DNA of 64,000 nucleotides from an uncultured Erysipelotrichaceae bacterium (GTDB lineage Bacteria; Bacillota_I; Bacilli_A; RF39; UBA660): NCBI GenBank assembly GCA_902789225.1, contig CADANC010000001.1, positions 201,438 to 265,437 of the forward strand, read 5' to 3'. Shown piece by piece: positions 1 to 7,805 of this stretch (position 1 is its first letter; each line of letters starts with the position of its first letter). The notes under the pieces were generated by a model. It saw only the letters and a program-made list of their open reading frames with translations, ran no database searches and was not told where the DNA came from. The position numbers and the translations under genes were made by a program.

Positions 1-252
1 GTTTATTCCTTCCCTTATGATGTAACCAAGCTTCACTATATCCTTTATCATCTTTAGCATTCTTTATAGGACTATAAGTACCAGCATAATATCTAGCACT
101 TTCAAAAAATTCAACAAAAGAATATTTACTCAAATCATGAACTAAACCCTGTAATGGAATTCCGGCTCTTATAGATAATTTAAATACAATAAATCTATGT
201 TTATTTACCAAATGAAAATGTTTTAATATTTTACTTATTGTTAATTTATACA
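1..252 (-). CDS. Hypothetical protein, 5' part of a gene whose 3' end lies beyond the window start (minus strand; begins MYKLTISKILKHF... with SD ggaggt)
   Basis: Manual reverse-complement translation from an ATG at 250-252 is open to position 1. An SD-like ggaggtt lies upstream. Confidence 0.35.
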
Positions 253-340
253 TTATAATAACCTCCATTATAAACAAATTATATCATTAATACTTGCAAA
301 AAAGAAAATAATATTATAAAATAAAGTAGTCAAATTGATA

Positions 341-417
341 TGGCGCCCTTGGTGAAGTGGTTAACACGCTAGTTTGTGGCACTAGTATGCAAGAGTTCGA
401 TTCTCTTAGGACGCCCC
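341..417 (+). tRNA. tRNA-His (anticodon GTG), with encoded G-1 and CCA
   Basis: Hand-folded cloverleaf. It has a 7-bp acceptor stem (one A-C mismatch), D-stem GTG/CAC, anticodon stem CTAGT/ACTAG with loop TTGTGGC, T-stem AAGAG/CTCTT with loop TTCGATT, an extra 5' G pairing with C73, and a 3' CCA. Confidence 0.75.
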
Positions 418-428
418 AGTTTAAAAAT

Positions 429-452
429 AAGTTGCTTTATGCAACTTTTTTT
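429..452 (+). terminator. Rho-independent terminator after tRNA-His
   Basis: Hairpin aagttgc-ttta-tgcaactt followed by a T7 run. Confidence 0.6.
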
Positions 453-490
453 ATTGAATTGAATATGTTATCATTATTCTAGAGGTAATT

Positions 491-1327
491 ATGAAAAAGA
501 TATTTTTAATTTTTATTATTTGTATATTAATGTGTTCTTGTAATAAAAACAATGAAGCAAGAAATGATATGTATAAAATAGGTTATTCTTCCAATTTAAT
601 AGATGAAAAAGACAGAAATGAACTAAGAAAAGTATTTGATGAACATAAACTATCTAATGTTGATTTATTTTTTAAATGGTTAGATGATTTTAATAAAGAA
701 GAAGATATGGGCTGTGGTTTAAAGAATTGGGATAAAACAGATACTTTTATTTATAATGATGCTAATTGTATGGATAGATACGAAAAAATCCATAGTAAGT
801 CAGATGGAGATTGTAGAATAATAGCATATGCTTTACTTCAAAATATTATTGAAATAAATACAATTGAAAGTGAATATGGAACATATTTAATGTTTGATAT
901 GGATGTTCTTGAAAACAATGAAGATTATAAAATAATAAATGATAATCAATTGGATTTTATTAATTTATTTAATGAAATGGATGTATCTAATATAGAAAAA
1001 GAAGAATATAAAAATGTATATCCTAACAATTTAAAATCACATGATTTTAAATTGAATAGTGATAAAGTATCACTTATAAGTGTTGTTTTACATGATAGTG
1101 ATTTTAATACATTATTTGTAGGACATGCCGGTGTATTAATTAATTTAGATGATAAATACTTATTTGTTGAAAAAATAGCATTTGAACAGCCATATCAAAT
1201 AAGTGTAATCAAGTCAAAAAATGATTTAATAGAATTATTTAATAATAGATCTACTTATTTTGGAGATGAAAGTGCAAAAGGACCATATATATATGAAAAT
1301 GATAAACTGTTATATGAATACAAATGA
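491..1327 (+). CDS. Putative lipoprotein, hypothetical
   Basis: 278-aa ORF. The N-terminus MKKIFLIFIICILMCSC is a hydrophobic signal with a lipobox-like Cys. The protein is otherwise acidic and Asn-rich with no recognisable domain. Confidence 0.6.
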   Translation: MKKIFLIFIICILMCSCNKNNEARNDMYKIGYSSNLIDEKDRNELRKVFDEHKLSNVDLFFKWLDDFNKEEDMGCGLKNWDKTDTFIYNDANCMDRYEKIHSKSDGDCRIIAYALLQNIIEINTIESEYGTYLMFDMDVLENNEDYKIINDNQLDFINLFNEMDVSNIEKEEYKNVYPNNLKSHDFKLNSDKVSLISVVLHDSDFNTLFVGHAGVLINLDDKYLFVEKIAFEQPYQISVIKSKNDLIELFNNRSTYFGDESAKGPYIYENDKLLYEYK

Positions 1328-1341
1328 TTTTGATTTTTATA

Positions 1342-1436
1342 AAAATGTGATATATTTTATTCAAGTAATTGAGTCAATCTCAATTCATAGATTTGTGCCG
1401 ATTTTTCGCAAACACGTTAAATCATGGCCCCATTTA
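1342..1436 (+). repeat. sRNA-like repeat copy A (extended -10 TGaTATATT, ~95-nt body, own terminators)
   Basis: Near-identical to 3357-3448, and its 3' two-thirds to 3795-3855. Followed by terminator hairpins at 1444-1467 and 1473-1502. Confidence 0.6.
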
Positions 1437-1443
1437 TGATAGT

Positions 1444-1467
1444 ACTAGTCTTTTAGACTAGTTTTTT
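1444..1467 (+). terminator. Intrinsic terminator of repeat copy A
   Basis: actagtc-tttta-gactagt stem followed by a T6 run. Confidence 0.55.
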
Positions 1468-1472
1468 CATGT

Positions 1473-1502
1473 AAAAAGAATAGCTTTTGCTATTCTTTTT
1501 TT
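1473..1502. terminator. Bidirectional terminator (A-run, hairpin, T-run)
   Basis: aaaaagaatagc-tttt-gctattcttttttt. It lies between the plus-strand units and the minus-strand gene ending at 1501. Confidence 0.55.
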
Positions 1503-1830
1503 AATCTTCTTTCAAATATCCTGCAGCTTCATCAATGAAACTCATAATATTATACTTTTTCGTCTCATCAGGATATTTATCTGCTAATTTATATAGTTCG
1601 TCTACGAATTCTCTTGATGGACAAATTTCAATAATTTCTCTAAATATTTCACTAAGCCAAACAAATTCTTCAGAAGTACATTCGTTTTTAAGATATTTTA
1701 TCGTTTCATTAATATCTTCAGTTACAATTTCAACTTCCTTTTTCCATAGTTCTTCATGCTTATAGCTATCATTAATATCCATAGAATTTAGTTCTAGTAT
1801 AATATTTTTAAATTTTTCTTTAAAACTCAT
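1501..1830 (-). CDS. Candidate immunity protein for the adjacent EndoU-like toxin (small acidic cytoplasmic protein)
   Basis: 109 aa with no signal peptide. Its start overlaps the toxin stop by 4 nt (ATGA). The call rests on position; the protein is not recognised by sequence. Confidence 0.45.
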   Translation of the reverse strand: MSFKEKFKNIILELNSMDINDSYKHEELWKKEVEIVTEDINETIKYLKNECTSEEFVWLSEIFREIIEICPSREFVDELYKLADKYPDETKKYNIMSFIDEAAGYLKED

Positions 1831-2318
1831 TTTATTTTCCTCCTTATTGCTTTAGATTGATCAGAGTCTGGAAAAACTGTTCCTATTTTACCATTAGTCT
1901 TTATAACCCCAACTCTAACTCCTTTATAATTTCCATATATAATTTCACCGCTTTTAGATTTTCTATTACTTTTAAGCCCGGCTACATGTTCTCCAGCACG
2001 TCTAATATCTTTCTCAGACCAAGTTTTTGGAAACCAAGCTTGATTAATCCCCTGACGTTTAGTTTTATCTTTGTGATTAGGTATATTACCAACTCTAACA
2101 CCATTAATGTACGTTTTAACAACATTATACTCTATGTTGTATTTATTTAAAAGTTGTAATCCCTTTTCTCCATGTCCACCACTTTTCAAACGTATTTTAT
2201 CATTCCTTCGTGTTGGTTTTGTAAATGCTCCTTCGCTAGAATGAACCAATGCATAATCACTAACAGTTCTTGCACTTCCTTTAGTATTTAAATATCTTCC
2301 TATTTTAGTTGTTCCCAT
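1827..2318 (-). CDS. Stand-alone EndoU-family RNase toxin domain (polymorphic-toxin C-terminal-domain-like)
   Basis: The start is taken at the internal ATG at 2318 (MGTTKIG...), 4 nt after the upstream stop and 7-8 nt after the SD aagaggag. The tracked ORF extends further to 2420. Motifs SGGHGEKGLQLL, AWFPKTWSEKDIRRAGEHV and GKIGTVFP resemble bacterial EndoU toxin domains as I recall them. Confidence 0.5.
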   Translation of the reverse strand: MGTTKIGRYLNTKGSARTVSDYALVHSSEGAFTKPTRRNDKIRLKSGGHGEKGLQLLNKYNIEYNVVKTYINGVRVGNIPNHKDKTKRQGINQAWFPKTWSEKDIRRAGEHVAGLKSNRKSKSGEIIYGNYKGVRVGVIKTNGKIGTVFPDSDQSKAIRRKIK

Positions 2319-2322
2319 GATG

Positions 2323-2988
2323 TTATCTCCTCTTTTGTGTTGTCCAATCATCGAATTGGATAAAATTAGTTTTTTCTTTGAACTCATCAAAAACAACTGA
2401 TGGCATAGATCCATATACAATTACACATCTTGGTTCTATTTCATCTAACATTACGCGTAGTCCATCTCGCAAATAATGTTTTTCTTCCTTACCTTGATTG
2501 CAGCCATAAGTTCCTATAGCTACAATACTATGTTTAGGAATTCCTAAAAAAGCAAATTTTTCAGGTAACACAGATGTGGTATAACTTCTTTCATCTCCCC
2601 ATCTACAATTAGGTATTACATTTACACCGTGTTCTTGAAAATAATGAGCTAAAGCTCTGCTTTTATATACATTACCTATTTGAACAATTAAAGGACTATC
2701 TATATAAACAGAATTATCTAAAGATATTATTCCTTTAAATTTTTTGAATTCTTCAATGTAAGCATCAGGATTTACTAATACATCTCCAAATTCCAAAACA
2801 TTTTCATAAAAAACTATATACTCATCATAATTAGTACTTTTATTCCTTTGACTAAAAGGAATAACTTTTGTTGGTAATGGTGGATTAGTATCCTTAACTA
2901 TTGGAATTTCTAACTCACCATCAAAAAAAGCAGTTTCTACCAATTCAGGATTAAATCCATCATCTATTTTAGTTTTTATCTTTGCCAT
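2323..2988 (-). CDS. Hypothetical protein (possibly DUF4417-like), first gene of a three-gene operon
   Basis: 221-aa ORF. Its stop is 4 nt before the toxin start codon. The domain assignment is from memory only. Confidence 0.4.
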   Translation of the reverse strand: MAKIKTKIDDGFNPELVETAFFDGELEIPIVKDTNPPLPTKVIPFSQRNKSTNYDEYIVFYENVLEFGDVLVNPDAYIEEFKKFKGIISLDNSVYIDSPLIVQIGNVYKSRALAHYFQEHGVNVIPNCRWGDERSYTTSVLPEKFAFLGIPKHSIVAIGTYGCNQGKEEKHYLRDGLRVMLDEIEPRCVIVYGSMPSVVFDEFKEKTNFIQFDDWTTQKRR

Positions 2989-3070
2989 TTAAACATCTCC
3001 TATTCTTTATTATTTAATAGGAGTACCTACAAAATAACAATTTAAATACACTAACCTCCTTTCCTAATAA

Positions 3071-3105
3071 AACTTGACTAATGTATTTACTTATGCTATT
3101 ATAAA
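3071..3105 (+). promoter_or_regulatory. Candidate sigma-A promoter (TTGACT-17-TATTAT) with no downstream ORF
   Basis: Consensus-like hexamers with 17-nt spacing. The downstream terminator at 3232-3262 defines an ~150-nt ORF-less unit. Confidence 0.3.
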
Positions 3106-3231
3106 CGACATTGACACAGCAATAATTTTGCTGTATCATAAAAATATAGAATAAAATAGCAAGTGTTCCTAAAAGCATTTTCAAATTTTATTCTTGTATT
3201 GTTATATTATAATAGGTACTACCTATTATGA

Positions 3232-3262
3232 GGGAAAGTCATGTTGGCGCATGACTTTTTAT
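3232..3262 (+). terminator. Intrinsic terminator
   Basis: agtcatg-ttggcg-catgact hairpin followed by tttttattttt. Confidence 0.45.
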
Positions 3263-3356
3263 TTTTCCCTCTTAGTACATCTTAACATAGATTTCTATAA
3301 TTGTCTAATTATTAGAGCAAAAAACTAAACATATTTTCGACGTTTGCATTTTTCTT

Positions 3357-3448
3357 AAAATGTGATATATTTTACTCAAGCAATTGAGTCAATCAGGGCT
3401 CATAGATTTGTACCGATTTTTCGCAAACACGTTAAATCATGGCCCCAT
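3357..3448 (+). repeat. sRNA-like repeat copy B
   Basis: Over 90% identical to copy A by eye, including the extended -10 element. Followed by the hairpin aaagaaacttgaagaaagttt and a T8 run at 3457-3484. Confidence 0.6.
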
Positions 3449-3595
3449 TAGGAATATAAAAGAAACTTGAAGAAAGTTTTTTTTATGTTATTATATATGT
3501 AGCAAGAAATCTTGCAAAAAATAAAAATGGGAACATTCAGTTTCGCTAGTTGAATGTCTACCCAAATATTTAGCTAGACATTTAATCTATTAAGA

Positions 3596-3694
3596 TTAGA
3601 TGCCTTTTTTTATTACTATAATCAAAATGATTAAAAGGAATAAAATGATAGAGATGAGCTTTAAAACTTTTATGATAAAAGTTTTAGTTTTCAT
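3596..3694 (-). CDS. 32-aa hydrophobic peptide (type I toxin-like, Fst/Ldr-style): MKTKTFIIKVLKLISIILFLLIILIIVIKKGI
   Basis: Manual translation. A strong SD (aaaggaggt) lies 8 nt upstream. It has a single TM helix with charged termini. Plus-strand hairpins and a T-run converge on it and overlap its 3' end. Confidence 0.35.
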   Translation of the reverse strand: MKTKTFIIKVLKLISIILFLLIILIIVIKKGI

Positions 3695-3794
3695 TTTATC
3701 AAACCTCCTTTCTTCTAGAAGATAAGAAGGTAGACATCCAACAACTAAATGTTCCTAATTGCAATATAACATTAGCTCTAGTAAAAATCAGAGA

Positions 3795-3855
3795 CAATCT
3801 CAATTCATAGATTTGTGCTGATTTTTCGTAAACACGTTAAACCATATCCCCATTT
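3795..3855 (+). repeat. sRNA-like repeat copy C (5'-truncated; lacks the promoter part)
   Basis: Matches the 3' 65 nt of copies A and B. It is followed by the same pair of hairpins as copy A (3864-3887 and 3892-3925). Confidence 0.55.
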
Positions 3856-3891
3856 GATTTACAACTAGTCGAAATACTAGTTTTTTTCATA

Positions 3892-3925
3892 CAAAAAAGG
3901 AATAGTTATATACTATTCCTTTTCA
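3892..3925. terminator. Bidirectional terminator (also terminates mgtC)
   Basis: aaaaaaggaatagt-tatat-actattccttttc. Confidence 0.5.
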
Positions 3926-4636
3926 ATCATCATCTTCTTCATATTCATCATCGTCTTCATGAAGTTCAACCATACGCTTATGAGACCAGTTAACTTTATG
4001 TACTCCTACCTCTTCACTTAACTTATTTACTAAATCCATAATTAATTCAGGTCTAGAAGTAATAAATTCAAATCTTAATTTAACATTCTTATCATTACCT
4101 TTATTTCTATTCAAACTCTCCATTTGAATACTATTTTTTTCAATATTCTCAGTTATTAATGTTCTAATAACCACTTCAATTTCATCATCACAAGTAACAT
4201 CAATAATACATTTTTCTTTAGAATTATTTTGTATCTTTTCAATTATTTTAGATGAAATATCTCTTAAAAGTACATTTGAAAATAAAATTAAGAATGTTCC
4301 AACAACAGCCTCTGGTATAAATCCATATGCGCAAAGAACACCTATAGCCGCAACAGTCCATAAAGTCGCAGCAGTATTAAGTCCTCTTACTTTATTTCCA
4401 TTTCTAAGAATTATTCCAGCTCCTAAGAAACCCATCCCACAAACAACTTGACTTGCTATACGAAACTTATCAGTTGAAACATCTCCTACTGAAACATATA
4501 CAAATAGAAAAGATCCTAAAGCAACTAAAGCATTAGTTCTAAGCCCTGTTGCTTTATTACGATAAAGTCTCTCAAAACCAATAAGCATACTAAGAACATA
4601 ACAAATTAAAACCCTTTGTAAAAATATTCCATCCAT
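3923..4636 (-). CDS. mgtC: MgtC/SapB family membrane protein
   Basis: 237 aa. It has an N-terminal polytopic membrane domain with the LIGFER motif and a C-terminal soluble domain with an acidic tail. Confidence 0.7.
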   Translation of the reverse strand: MDGIFLQRVLICYVLSMLIGFERLYRNKATGLRTNALVALGSFLFVYVSVGDVSTDKFRIASQVVCGMGFLGAGIILRNGNKVRGLNTAATLWTVAAIGVLCAYGFIPEAVVGTFLILFSNVLLRDISSKIIEKIQNNSKEKCIIDVTCDDEIEVVIRTLITENIEKNSIQMESLNRNKGNDKNVKLRFEFITSRPELIMDLVNKLSEEVGVHKVNWSHKRMVELHEDDDEYEEDDD

Positions 4637-4660
4637 TTAGTCATCCCCTTTTATAAAATT

Positions 4661-5224
4661 TTAAACATAAATATTATATTTTTTTAATATTTTTAATATT
4701 TCTTTTACACCTTCACTATCATTAGTAATCTTATTATCACCCTTACCAATAAGAACAATCTCTTCTCCATCTTTAACTATAGAAATATTAACTTGTCCAA
4801 AATCATTCATCTCATTTTTAACTTCAAAATTACCTTGTACTTTTTCTAAAGCTATCTCGATTTTATTCATATCATTAGTAGAAATAGAATCAATTTTTTT
4901 AATTAAACAATTATTAGGATTTAAATTTCTATCATCATTACAATTAAAAGAATAAATATCTCCATTTTTCATAACAAGTTCTCCATAATAAGTAGAAGAC
5001 CAAGCAAAATTAGTATAAGAATACTCTATAAATTTAGAATCACTAGTACTAACAAAATCTTCCATTCCTATCAAAGTGTTTTCACTAGGCATATGAATAT
5101 CCATTTCTCCTAAAGTATTTCTATTTGTAAAGTAAAAAACTAAAATAACAATTATAAGTATAACAACAATAATACCAAAAACTATCATTGGTATTTTAGA
5201 GTCTTCTTCTTTCTTATGAAACAT
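4661..5224 (-). CDS. Membrane-anchored hypothetical protein
   Basis: 187 aa with one N-terminal TM helix. No recognisable domain. Confidence 0.5.
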   Translation of the reverse strand: MFHKKEEDSKIPMIVFGIIVVILIIVILVFYFTNRNTLGEMDIHMPSENTLIGMEDFVSTSDSKFIEYSYTNFAWSSTYYGELVMKNGDIYSFNCNDDRNLNPNNCLIKKIDSISTNDMNKIEIALEKVQGNFEVKNEMNDFGQVNISIVKDGEEIVLIGKGDNKITNDSEGVKEILKILKKYNIYV

Positions 5225-5259
5225 ATTATCACCTAAACAAATTATATCAAAAAAAAGAA

Positions 5260-5769
5260 TTATAAACTACATAATTCTTCTAATTTAATATTACTATGCA
5301 CAAAAGTTTCCTTAGTAGCACTAATTTTATCAGCAACAGTAACAATATAACTTTCTAAATACATAGGAGGAACTACAACCAATGGAAACATATGCTTAAT
5401 TATAATATCTTTTTCTATATCATTTACTTTAAATTCTTTTTTTGCATTTTTATAAGCTGTTTTAGGATGTGTAAAGCCATGTAATCTATGACTCTTATCT
5501 TTTATATGCCAATCATATAAAAAATAATCATGTAATAATGCTCCTCTAATTAAAGATCTCATATTAACTCTTAAATGAAATTTAGAAACTATCTTAATAG
5601 ATAAATAAGCTACTCTAAGACTATGTTCATATACTGAAACATCTCCATGTTGAATAAACTCTTTTTGTTTTTCCATGTTTTTAGAATTTAATATGTCACT
5701 ACCATAAAATTTTATTATGTTTATATAATCTTGATTCATTAATATCTCCCAACTTTTAAAACATAACAC
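5260..5769 (-). CDS. HD-domain phosphohydrolase
   Basis: Has H...SLRVA...LLHDYF...HMFP. It is a paralog of 37702-38271. Confidence 0.55.
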   Translation of the reverse strand: MLCFKSWEILMNQDYINIIKFYGSDILNSKNMEKQKEFIQHGDVSVYEHSLRVAYLSIKIVSKFHLRVNMRSLIRGALLHDYFLYDWHIKDKSHRLHGFTHPKTAYKNAKKEFKVNDIEKDIIIKHMFPLVVVPPMYLESYIVTVADKISATKETFVHSNIKLEELCSL

Positions 5770-5810
5770 AATTTATAGCAAAATAAAAGTGACTTAACGT
5801 CACTTTTACA

Positions 5811-7568
5811 CTATTCTACAGTTACACTTTTTGCTAAGTTTCTAGGTTTATCTATATCACATCCACGTAATTTAGCAACCTCATAAGCAATTAATTGTAA
5901 TACAGGAACTACAAGTAAAGATTGAACATATTTAGATACTTTCTTAACTTTAACAACATATTCATATCCATCAATATCACTATTTGTAACAATAATTACT
6001 TTTGCTCCTCTAGACTTTACTTCTTCTACATTAGAAATAGTTTTTTCACGAATATCATCTTCAGTAATAATACCAAATACCGGAGTACCTTCTTCAATTA
6101 ATGAAATAGTACCATGTTTTAACTCACCAGCTTGATATGCCTCACTATGAATATATGAAACTTCTTTTAATTTTAAACTACCTTCCATACAAATAGAATA
6201 ATCTAATTTTCTACCTATAAAGAAAATATTATCATTTTTATAAATATCTTTAGCTATTTTTAGATATTCATCTTTTCTATCCAAAACTTCTCTTAATAAA
6301 CCAGGAATCTTTTTAAAATCATCAATTACTTTACTATCACTTTCTCCACAAGAATAAGCAAGTAATGATAATATAGCAACTTGTAAGATATAAGCTTTTG
6401 TAGTTGCAACAGCAATCTCAGGTCCTGCTTCTATAAATATTTGATTCTTAGATTCTCTAGCAATAGTACTTGTCTTAACATTAACTATAGCTAAAGTATC
6501 AATATTATTTTCATTTGCTTTTCTCATAGCAGCAATAGTATCTGCAGTTTCTCCTGATTGAGAAATAAGTATTACTAAAGTTTTTCTATCATATAATACT
6601 TTTTTATAACGATATTCACTTGCTACTTCAACAATTGCCCTAATTTCATTTTCTTCAAATAAACTTTTACCAATCATACCTGCATAATATGCAGATCCAC
6701 ATCCTATTATGTGTATTTCTTCATATTGTTTTAAATCAGGCAAAAGACTGATATCTGAAAGAATAGGTTTCAATGTTTTTTCTAAAACAATAGGTTCTTC
6801 CATTATTTCTTTAAGCATAAAATGAGGATATCCATTTTTTTCTTTTGAAGAAGCATCAATAGTAGCAGTTAACACTTCTTTTTTAACTTTTTTTCCATTC
6901 TTAGTAATATTATAATCAGAAGAACTCATTTCAACTAATTCATTTTCATCTAATAAAATATATTGATTAGTATAATTGATTATAGCAGCTATATCACTAG
7001 CGATGAAATATTCTCCTTTTCCTATACCTAATATTAAAGGTGAATCTTTTCTAATAGCATAAACTTTATCTAATCCTTCTACTAATATTCCAAAAGCATA
7101 AGATCCTACTATCTCACTACAAGCTTTTTCTATAGCTTTCTTAATATCTTTTTCCTTATCATAATAATAACTAATTAATGCACAAGCTACTTCAGTATCA
7201 GTTTCTGATGAAAATTTTACTCCTTCATCAATTAATTTATCTTTTAATTCTTTAGCATTTTCAATAATACCATTATGAACTAAAGTAACCTTTCCAACTT
7301 TATGAGGATGAGCATTTACTTCATTAGCCTCTCCATGAGTAGCCCATCTTGTATGAGCAAGTCCCATATTACATTCAATTAATTTTGTATTATTAATTTT
7401 ATCCTCTAAGTTAGAAATCTTTCCAACACTTTTAATAATTTGACAGTCATCATTGTTTTGTAACACAATTCCCGAACTATCGTACCCCCTATATTCTTGA
7501 CATTTTAATCCATCTAAAAGAATTTTTATAGGATGTTGTTCTCCAACGTAACCTACAATTCCACACAT
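5811..7568 (-). CDS. glmS: Glutamine--fructose-6-phosphate aminotransferase
   Basis: 585 aa. It has an N-terminal MCGIVGY glutaminase Cys, two SIS domains, and the C-terminal NLAKSVTVE. Confidence 0.95.
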   Translation of the reverse strand: MCGIVGYVGEQHPIKILLDGLKCQEYRGYDSSGIVLQNNDDCQIIKSVGKISNLEDKINNTKLIECNMGLAHTRWATHGEANEVNAHPHKVGKVTLVHNGIIENAKELKDKLIDEGVKFSSETDTEVACALISYYYDKEKDIKKAIEKACSEIVGSYAFGILVEGLDKVYAIRKDSPLILGIGKGEYFIASDIAAIINYTNQYILLDENELVEMSSSDYNITKNGKKVKKEVLTATIDASSKEKNGYPHFMLKEIMEEPIVLEKTLKPILSDISLLPDLKQYEEIHIIGCGSAYYAGMIGKSLFEENEIRAIVEVASEYRYKKVLYDRKTLVILISQSGETADTIAAMRKANENNIDTLAIVNVKTSTIARESKNQIFIEAGPEIAVATTKAYILQVAILSLLAYSCGESDSKVIDDFKKIPGLLREVLDRKDEYLKIAKDIYKNDNIFFIGRKLDYSICMEGSLKLKEVSYIHSEAYQAGELKHGTISLIEEGTPVFGIITEDDIREKTISNVEEVKSRGAKVIIVTNSDIDGYEYVVKVKKVSKYVQSLLVVPVLQLIAYEVAKLRGCDIDKPRNLAKSVTVE

Positions 7569-7577
7569 ATAAAAACC

Positions 7578-7735
7578 TCCACGAAAAAAATTTCAGTGGA
7601 GATATATATCTTTGTTATAATCTTAATTTTAATTTTTAAACATATATCTTACGAAGCACTATCTCCGTTGTAGAACCCGCCGAATATTTCGATCTCTACA
7701 ATCCTCGTCATCCATCCCTGGACCTGGCGCTATAT
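7578..7735 (-). ncRNA. glmS ribozyme (GlcN6P-responsive self-cleaving riboswitch) in the glmS 5' UTR
   Basis: The minus strand reads ...AGCGCCAGGUCCAGGGAUGGAUGACGAGGAUUGUAGAGAUCGAAAUAUUCGGCGGG..., matching the conserved glmS ribozyme core (AGCGCCAG...GACGAGGA...AUCGAA..UUCGGCGG). Confidence 0.85.
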
Positions 7736-7805
7736 GAAGACTACACTCCAATCATGTCTATCATATTTATATAATACTTATATCATATATGTTTAATTTT
7801 CGCAA

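Noticed and set aside
1535-2150. Plus-strand ORFs 1535-1765 and 1857-2150.
   Set aside because: They are antisense to the toxin/immunity genes and encode Ser/Ile-rich low-complexity products.
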